Under the pieces are notes generated by a model that saw only the letters and a program-made list of their open reading frames with translations, ran no database searches and was not told the origin of the DNA. A stretch of DNA of 63,740 nucleotides, filler included, from Octopus bimaculoides (Eukaryota), in assembly GCF_001194135.2 (NCBI RefSeq). It is 8 parts of 6 records of this genome, joined end to end, with 100 filler letters (N's around TTAATTAATTAA, not from the genome) between each part and the next. Parts side by side here need not be neighbours in the genome. Positions count along the whole stretch, not along the records: positions 52,158 to 56,004 come from NC_069008.1; positions 56,105 to 58,413 come from NC_068999.1; positions 58,514 to 63,740 come from NC_068992.1; 5 more parts are not named here. One strand, written 5' to 3'. Each line of letters begins with the position of its first letter. Positions within the stretch are counted from its first letter, which is position 1. Positions 54,737 through 63,740 of this stretch are shown here, piece after piece. The position numbers and the translations under genes are program-made.

Positions 54737-54999
54737 NNNNNNNNNNNNNNNNNNNNNNNNNNNNNNNNNNNNNNNNNNNNNNNNNNNNNNNNNNNNNNNN
54801 NNNNNNNNNNNNNNNNNNNNNNNNNNNNNNNNNNNNNNNNNNNNNNNNNNNNNNNNNNNNNNNNNNNNNNNNNNNNNNNNNNNNNNNNNNNNNNNNNNNN
54901 NNNNNNNNNNNNNNNNNNNNNNNNNNNNNNNNNNNNNTATATATGTATATATATATATTCTTTATAAATTCCTTGTAAGATACACCTCCAGCTATTTAT

Positions 55000-55245
55000 G
55001 GGTGGCCAAGATCATCCTACCCAGAGTGCGGTGGGACATCGACGTCTTGATGGGGGTTCAGTGTTTTGATCAGGCCGCCAAGATGGAGGATTGCACTACA
55101 TGCAGCGGTAGCATCTTGTCGACAAACACGTCTACAATCTTTCTGTCCACCATTGCCTGGCGGACGCCAGTGCCAGCAGTTTGGGCAAACGCCTCGCCAA
55201 AGCTGGGCTTGTGTACTTTCTTTGCACACGGCTGCGACAACTAGC
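55000..55245 (-). mobile_element. hAT transposase N-terminal relic
   Basis: VRQAMVDRKIVDVFVDKMLPLHVVQSSI/LGGLIKTLNP..SMSHRTLGRMI matches the hAT LPLsxVE..F..L..LNP..SRxTL motif. Confidence 0.6.
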
Positions 55246-55401
55246 TAGTAGCACTGCAATTAGAAGATTAGCTAGTAGCACAGCAATCGTCCGTCCGTCT
55301 ATCCGTTAGTACATTCGTTCGTGCATTCATTCTTTCGTTCTTCCTCTCTCTTTTCTTTTCTTTCTGTCTTTCTTTCTTTTTTCTTTCTCTCCTTCTTTCT
55401 G

Positions 55402-55441
<40 letters not shown>

Positions 55442-55917
55442 TCACTTGTTCGTTCCTTCCTTCCTTCCTTCGATCGCTCATTCGTCCTTCTGTCAGTCCT
55501 TCCGTCTGTCCGTCCGTTCGTTCGTACGTATGCATATCTGCAAGGGGCGTAACACCTGACTTAGTGTCTGGCAAAAATTTGGAGTTATTTCCCTTCCAAT
55601 TAAGTTTTCATAAGCGTTTGTTTCCTAGCTGTATTTAAATCCAATTTTCTCAATTCATCTGCCTTTCATCAACGACCCATTCATCGTCCTGCTATTACTT
55701 ATTCTTTAACATACAGCCGTGCCGGGGTACATATACTACTTGCTACAGGTTTTATCAATTTCTAGCAAGTTGCTAGATTACGTTCTTTGCGTAAATGAGA
55801 TGCATTACAGCTTCAAGGTAAATAAATACCACGTATACATACAGGTACACTCACGCATGCATATATACATACATACATACATACATACATACATACATAC
55901 ATACATACATACATACA

Positions 55918-55983
<66 letters not shown>

Positions 55984-58380
55984 GATGATGATGATGATGA
56001 TGATNNNNNNNNNNNNNNNNNNNNNNNNNNNNNNNNNNNNNNNNNNNNTTAATTAATTAANNNNNNNNNNNNNNNNNNNNNNNNNNNNNNNNNNNNNNNN
56101 NNNNTATATATATACATGTGTGTGTGTGTGTGTGTGAGTTTTCACCGTATATCTTATATGGAAATTAGTCTAATATTGCACCAATATACCCTTTCTCATT
56201 TTCCGGTTAAATTTAGTAACTATGATTTCATAGCGAGAAGTGTGAAGACATGTGCATGTTTTGCGTAAGGTAAGAAATGGTAACGAGTGAAAATTCTATA
56301 AATATGATTATAAGCCATCACCATATATATTAACTACGGAATAAAGTCTAACAATTGGGCATATAAACGACGGAAAAATTGGCCAGTACACGGTGAAGTC
56401 TTATAATCATATTTACAAAATCTCTACTTGTCACATTTTCTTAATTCACACAGAATTTGTATATGTCCCCTCTGCTTTTAATCATTGGAATTTTTCCTTT
56501 GAAGAAGGAAGTGATTGCTTCGCAATGTAGATAAGGAAGACATTGTCACATGTTAAACCTCAGAAAAATCTTGCATTGTTTTACTGTTCCGCTTACAGAT
56601 TGTATTCATAAGGTGCAAATCAGTTGGTTGATATAGCAACGAAGAGAAGAAAGACGGCAGAGACGTAACTATATCATATCATTACGGGGACACACATATA
56701 CATACAAACAATTAAAACGGATATTTTTTTAATTTTTCGAATTGTTTTTAACACATCAGTTTAAAATACGGTTAGTCTAAACTTTTGGCTTAAATCCCAC
56801 ACACAAGCGTACACACACTCACATATAGATACACAGATAGATATATATACCTTAATATCGAACAGTAAGAATGAATGCTCAACAACGCAGTGATGGATAA
56901 ATATTCATTGTTTGTGAATTAACTAGGTTATCATTGGGAGATGGCAGTTTGGTTAATTTACGAGCAAATCAAAGAGTATAGATATAAGACAAAGATACAT
57001 AGAGAGATCGATAGATGGATAGTGATAGATTGATAGTTAAACATACATACATATATACATACATACATATAGGTTTTCTGATGCAAACAGGAAAATATAG
57101 AACATAAAATATGAGTGTGTATATATATATATATATATATNNNNNNNNNNNNNNNNNNNNNNNNNNNNNNNNNNNNNNNNNNNNNNNNNNNNNNNNNNNN
57201 NNNNNNNNNNNNNNNNNNNNNNNNNNNNNNNNNNNNNNNNNNNNNNNNNNNNNNNNNNNNNNNNNNNNNNNNNNNNNNNNNNNNNNNNNNNNNNNNNNNN
57301 NNNNNNNNNNNNNNNNNNNNNNNNNNNNNNNNNNNNNNNNNNNNNNNNNNNNNNNNNNNNNNNNNNNNNNNNNNNNNNNNNNNNNNNNNNNNNNNATATA
57401 TATATGTATGTATATAAATTCTATTTACATAATATCGAGGACTCATATTTTGCTATTTTATTATTATTATTATTATTATTAATATATATATATATATTCA
57501 TTATATTTAGTAGAAGCAACAGTGATTCAAAAGCATTGTGTTTCGCGCCTTAGCACTTATATATTTAAATGTGCTTCCATTACGCGTGTGAGTATGTGTG
57601 CGTGTGCGTGACAGTTTTTGCGTTCGTCTGTGGTTGTGCGCAATGTTTATATAAAGCACGAAAGGTGTTCGTAAAGAAGTCTTAAATTAATATGACGACA
57701 TGAGGTCGTTTCCTCTCAAACGAGGCGACGGAATGTAGCCATTGTAGTCAGTTAGCTGGTCTGAATGTACGCCTCTTGATACAAAAGAGTTCTATTTCTC
57801 TTTCATCGATTAGACGGAAACGGAAATTAGAATCGATTTCCCTTCAAACTTTTCGACCACGCATCAGATGAGCTTCAAATTGAAATGTGTGTGTACAGTA
57901 TTTGCGCGTATACGTGTATATATTCACATACAGACATAAATACATACATACACACACACATACATGCCTACGAACATTCATACATCCATACATAATCACC
58001 TATATATATATATATATATAAATATAAACATATATATAGCTACATAAATAAGTGTATAATCGACCCGACTGTTGGTTGTCTGTGTCGGCAATTTAACTGC
58101 ACTATTTCAATAATTTTTAACTATACCTATATCTATCTCCATATCTGTCTGCCTGTCTGTTTGTCTGTTTAGATGATAGATATGCTGATAATTATAGATC
58201 CAGATATGCCTGTCAATATATAAGTGTACAAAAATATACGCAGTTATATAAGCTCATTGAAAGTTGTACATATATAAATATAAATATACACATATCTGTC
58301 TATATACAGATATATATGTGTGTATACATACATCTTTCCGTCAGTGTGTGTGTGTGTGTGTGTGTGTGTCTCTCTCTCAC

Positions 58381-58413
<33 letters not shown>

Positions 58414-59136
58414 NNNNNNNNNNNNNNNNNNNNNNNNNNNNNNNNNNNNNNNNNNNNTTAATTAATTAANNNNNNNNNNNNNNNNNNNNNNNNNNNNNNN
58501 NNNNNNNNNNNNNATCATCGTCATCATTATGAGCAACAGTATTATCTTTATCTTCATCATTATCATCATCATCATCATCATCAACATCATCATCATCAAC
58601 ATCATCATCATCATCATCAACATCATCATCATCATTCTCATCATTATTGCTATCCTCATCAATCTCATCAACAACATTCGATTGGCAAAATCGTTAAGGC
58701 ATCGGTTAAATTTGTGTGCAGTATTTCTGGTACTTTATATTTTGCGTTCAAATCTCCCGAGTCACCTTTTCTTTTCATCACTCCGAGGTCGATGAAATAA
58801 AATACCAGTCATTTACAGTGGTTGATTGTATCGACACCTCCTTCTCCTCTTCTCCTTTTTCCTCCCTTCTTTAGTGCCTAAATCACAAAGGAATACTTTT
58901 ATTATATCAATAGATTGGTAGAATAGTTAAACCCGCAGACAAAATGCCATTACAGTATTTTCTGCACTCGTTTACATTGCGAGTTCAAATTCTGCTGATA
59001 GCAACATTACTTTTCTTCCCTCTAGAATATATATACGTGCTTTACCATAACATTGCCTACAAATCTACATTCGAGTATGTCTAGTTGTAATGTCTAGAGA
59101 TCTAAATTCGAGTATATCTAGTTAGCATTTCTACAG

Positions 59137-59844
59137 ATCCAAAGTCCTGAATGTCCTAGTCATACAATGTCTACAGATCCAAAGTCCTGAATGTCCGAGT
59201 TATACAGATCCAAAGTCCTGAATGTCCAAGTTATACAGATCCAAGGTCCAGAATCTCCAAGTTATACAATGTCTACAGATCCAAAGTCCTGAATGTCCTA
59301 GTTATACAGATCCAAAATCCCGAATGTACTAGTTATACAATGTCTACATATCCAAAGTCCTGAATGTCCTAGTTATATAATGTCTACAAATCCAAAGTCC
59401 TGAATGTCCTAGTTATACAGATCCAAAGTCCTGAACGTCTTAGTTATACAGATCCAAAATCCTGAATGTCCAAGTTATACAATGTCTACAGATCCAAAGT
59501 CCTGAATGTCCTAGTTATACAGATCCAAAGTCCTGAACATCTTAGTTATACAGATCCAAAGTCCTGAATGTCCAAGTTATACAATGTCTACAGATCCAAA
59601 GTCCTGAATGTCCTAGTTATACAGATCCAAAATCCCGAATGTACTAGTTATACAATGTCTACATATCCAAAGTCCTGAATGTCCTAGTTATATAATGTCT
59701 ACAAATCCAAAGTCCTGAATGTCCAAGTTTTACAATGTCTACAGATCCAAAGTCCTGAATGTTCTAATTATACAGATCCAAAATCCTAAGTGTCCTAGTT
59801 ATACAATATCTACAGATCCAACGTCCTGAATGTCCTAGTCATAC
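59137..59844. repeat. Minisatellite of 20 interleaved 40-bp and 31-bp units
   Basis: Units ATCCAAAGTCCTGAATGTCCTAGTTATACA(ATGTCTACA)G, read unit by unit. Confidence 0.95.
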
Positions 59845-60075
59845 GCCATTTTTTTGTAGCTTAGCGTTTTTCGAATAGTATGGATGCTCCATGAGCACAC
59901 TATATTCTAAACTTCATCAACGGAAACCTCCCAAATAACTCTTAGGTCCTTTCTTCGTACAATGCTTCATAATTTCTAAAGTTCCTATAACAACTGGAAC
60001 TGTTCTTGTGGACATATTGCTCATAGTGGTTCCGTTAATCTCCAGGTCTTTATATTTGCAGAGTTTTTCAACCTA
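59845..60075 (-). mobile_element. R4-like RLE 3' fragment abutting the minisatellite
   Basis: VEKLCKYKDLEI..STRTVPVVIGTL..VLM pattern. Confidence 0.65.
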
Positions 60076-60395
60076 CTTCCATCTATCTTTTTTTTTTGTT
60101 GACGTCTAGGACTCATAAGATAAGAACCTAACCCTGTTTCTATTAGCGTTTAACTCATTGAGATTACAACACAACACCCTGGACCGGACGACGGTCCATC
60201 GTATTGCTAACTTCCCAATTACTGGTGAAACACATTAACAGGTCAATGAACTCGAACAACATGAAACGCTTTTTCTCAGAAACTCAATACACGGTCCGGC
60301 CTGGGAATGGAAACCACGATCTTGTGATAGGCCACTCAATCGACTGGGCAATTTGCCTTAACTTTCAACCTGTTTACTGAGTTGTTATATATTTC

Positions 60396-60620
60396 TTTAT
60401 TGCTCACAGGGGACTAAACATAGAGGGGACAAACAAGGAAAAGCAAAGGGATTAAGTCGATTACATCGATCCCAGTGTGTAACTGGTACTTATTTAATCG
60501 ACCCCGAAAGGATGAAAGGCAAAGTCGACCTCGGCGGAATTTGAACTCAGAACGTAACGGCAGACGAAGTACCGCTAAGCATTTCGCCCGGCATTCTAAC
60601 GATTCTACCAGTTTGCCGCC
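60396..60620 (-). mobile_element. SINE family A, young full-length copy
   Basis: Reverse complement of the 8387-8618 SINE, with CpGs retained. Confidence 0.9.
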
Positions 60621-61087
60621 CTTACTGAGTTGTTATTGTCATTTAGACAATCTGTATCAGTTATTGTACAAGGCCTGTATCAATTATCTTGGATAATGAT
60701 ATACGGTTTGTTCGCTCTTACAACCTTGTGTTTATGTGCATCTTTATACCGTGAGAGTCACACTATTATATACCATTGACAGTTTCTGTTCGAGTTAGTA
60801 ATTCTATTCTACTTTCTCTGTTCTTGTGCGATGCAACAAATTATTGAATCATTCATTGTGTGAATGGCGCTAAGAATAGCATGAAAATGCACCGACAACT
60901 GGTGATATATAAATGTGACCATATCATATCACATATCATATCATATCATATATATATATATATATAAATGTACGCTCGTATGTATCGTTCCACACTTATA
61001 TAACACATGCACACACACACAGTAAGCACATAAACATGAAACAAGGTGGAAAATATAGTATTCGAATACCAGAGGTGGAGTAATATG

Positions 61088-61232
61088 TTTTATTAATAAA
61101 GGTGCAAAGACATCACAAAAGCTGTTACTCAGAGTTTCACGTTCCCGTTCTCAACCAAAACTGTCCGAAGAACGGGAACGTCAAACCCTGAGTAACAGTT
61201 TTTGCGATGTCTTGGCAGCTTTATTGATAAAG
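61088..61232. ncRNA. Inverted duplication (about 64-bp arms, 17-nt spacer) of a hammerhead-bearing unit
   Basis: Plus: AAAACTGT-CCGAAGA-ACG(GGAA)CGT-CAAA-CCCTGAG-TA-ACAGTTTT. Minus (left arm): ACGGGAACGT-GAAA-CTCTGAG-TA-ACAG. Confidence 0.75.
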
Positions 61233-61344
61233 TATACACACACACNNNNNNNNNNNNNNNNNNNNNNNNNNNNNNNNNNNNNNNNNNNNNNNNNNNNNNN
61301 NNNNNNNNNNNNNNNNNNNNNNNNNNNNNNNNNNNNNNNNNNNN

Positions 61345-61755
61345 NTGACTTCATAGTAGTCCTTATGCCATCCTTAAACCTTTTTTTAGGTTTATACCAA
61401 AAGTGTTTCCCCTCTGCAAGCTCACCATAAAACAGCTGTTTCGGTATGCGTTTATCTGCCATTCGAACAATATGGCCACACCATCTCATTTGGTTCCTCA
61501 AAATCATAGCTTTAGTTGAGGTGATGCCTGCAGATGCAAGGACATCTGTGTTTGGAATAAAAGAACTCCACTTAATTTTGAAAATGCGATGAAGGCATTT
61601 TTGGTGGAATTGTTCTAACAATTTATAATGCCTTTCATAACAATAACAAGTTTCACAGCAATACAACAGGGATGGTAAGACAAAATGATTTGTGAATTGC
61701 CAGCTTAAGAATACAAAGATGACCCTTTACAAATCATTTGTCTTACCATCCCTGT
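61345..61755 (-). mobile_element. RTE LINE fragment with a terminal inversion
   Basis: YCCETCY..KWSSFIPNTDVL..WCGHIVRMADKRIPKQLFYGEL, homologous to 18470-18800. Confidence 0.85.
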
Positions 61756-61901
61756 GAATATGGATACAAGATAAATAAAGAATAGATATATATATATACA
61801 TAGAGAGAGGGGGGTAGATAGATGAGTGTGTGTGTGTGTATGTGAGTAGAGAGATTAAAAGACTGATAACTTATCAAACTATCAATCTATATACAGATGT
61901 T

Positions 61902-61934
<33 letters not shown>

Positions 61935-61993
61935 ATACTACACATACACACACACACACTTACATAAATACATACATACATGCATGCATACAC

Positions 61994-62031
<38 letters not shown>

Positions 62032-63740
62032 NNNNNNNNNNNNNNNNNNNNNNNNNNNNNNNNNNNNNNNNNNNNNNNNNNNNNNNNNNNNNNNNNNNNN
62101 NNNNNNNNNNNNNNNNNNNNNNNNNNNNNNNNNNNNNNNNNNNNNNNNNNNNNNNNNNNNNNNNNNNNNNNNNNNNNNNNNNNNNNNNNNNNNNNNNNNN
62201 NNNNNNNNNNNNNNNNNNNNNNNNNNNNNNNNNNNNNNNNNNNNNNNNNNNNNNNNNNNNNNNNNNNNNNNNNNNNNNNNNNNNNNNNNNNNNNNNNNNN
62301 NNNNNNNNNNNNNNNNNNNNNNNNNNNNNNNNNNNNNNNNNNNNNNNNNNNNNNNNNNNNNNNNNNNNNNNNNNNNNNNNNNNNNNNNNNNNGAGGAGGA
62401 GGAGGAGGAGGAGGTGGAAAGGCCTTTTATTAGAATCAACAATGGCAGTACATATAGTTGTGTGTTATATAAACACTACATGTCACACCGCGTTCTATGC
62501 AAACACTCCAGTTGCAACCGTTTTAAATAAACACATTTCTAAGTGTATTATAAACATTACAGTGAAAACTGTGTTTCATATAGAAACACAGCATTTGTAG
62601 TTAACGAGGTACGGTCGGTATGGCCGCTTGTGTTACTAAAAAGACTAACTAAATCTGGGTGAAATCACACATTTGTTTTAAAAACACAAATGGTAGGACA
62701 TTTTATGTAATGTTCTGCTAGATATGCAAGTCTTGAAAAGAAAACTCCAGATAAAGACGGAATAATGAGAATTGATCAATAGGTCTGTTTGATATTATCT
62801 GAAAGAAATAAGCTGGCACTCCGTCGGTTAACGCGATGTGCAAGTGGCTGAGGACTCCACAGACACGTGTACCTTGCTCATAGACATAATACGCCGCCAG
62901 GAATCGATCTCACGACCTTACGATTGTGAACCAAATACCGTAACCACTAAGCCATGCGCGTTCACTTTATCATACTCAACCTGGGGCTAGATAGCAACAA
63001 CAACAGCAACAACACCACTCTTTAGATTTGCAAAAGATAAACTTGAGGCAGGCGTGTTTATTTGGTAAGAAGTTTGCTTTCCAGCCCACTGATTCCGGGT
63101 TTAGTCCTACTGCAAGGCACCTTGGGCAAGTGTCTTCTACTCTAGCCCAGAGCCGGCCAAGACCTTGTGAGTAGATTTGATTAAGGGGAAACTGAACGAA
63201 GCCCATTGTATTTACACATATGTATATCTGTGTATATGCACGCGCGTGTCTGTGTCTGTATAAGTGTGTATCAGTCTGTGTTTGTATAAGTGTGTATGAG
63301 TCTGTGTTTGTGCTTGCCCTGCACTACCGCTTGCCACCCGCTCAGCAGTTCGGTCAAAACCGACGGATAAAACAAGTACCAGGGATTAAAAAATACGTCC
63401 GACTAAAATCCTTCAAGACGATGCTCCAGCATGGCCGCAGTCTAATAACTGAAACAAGGAAAAATTAAAATGTAAAATTCTAGTATAAACACACAGGTGC
63501 AGGAGTGGCTGTGTGGTAAGAAGCTTGCTTCCCAACCACATGGTTCCGGGTTCAGTATCTCGCTTTACCCCTCTCGTTCTTCTTCTGTTACTACTACGTA
63601 TCTCTTTTTCCCCCTCGTACTTCCTCTCTTTCTCTTTTCCTTTCGTTGCTCACCTATTCTTCTACTTCCTCCCTTTGTTTCTCCCTCTACCACTCCCTCT
63701 CTTTCCCTCGTTCTTCCTCTTTACTACTACGTATCTCGCT

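Noticed and set aside
59137-59844. CRISPR-like array
   Set aside because: Contiguous tandem units with no unique spacers and no cas genes, in a eukaryotic context.
62569-62591. Perfect 9-bp hairpin CTGTGTTTC-ATATA-GAAACACAG (and the 7-bp hairpin at 54526-54547)
   Set aside because: Short and isolated, with no supporting motif; plausible by chance.

Overview
AT-rich, repeat-saturated animal genomic DNA from a gappy draft assembly (many N runs, seven N-flanked TTAATTAATTAA joins). The repeat families suggest a cephalopod such as Octopus, which is an inference. No intact named host gene is recognisable, and nearly all long ORFs in the track are microsatellite or N artefacts. Recognisable elements: three Penelope-like (GIY-YIG, Naiad-type) fragments, at least 12 R4/Dong-like RLE-LINE fragments (many head-to-tail in (TAA)n tracts), RTE, CR1-like, Tx1/L1 and CRE-like LINE relics, four Tc1/mariner relics, hAT and Sola-like relics, several tRNA-derived SINE families and a two-unit minisatellite with higher-order structure. 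The best hidden signal is five hammerhead-ribozyme loci from at least three unrelated families. One (54605-54736, minus) has a fully intact catalytic core inside a perfect 41-bp stem, and two lie in inverted duplications. A phase-consistent chain of short minus-strand exons may belong to a large host gene (low to moderate confidence).
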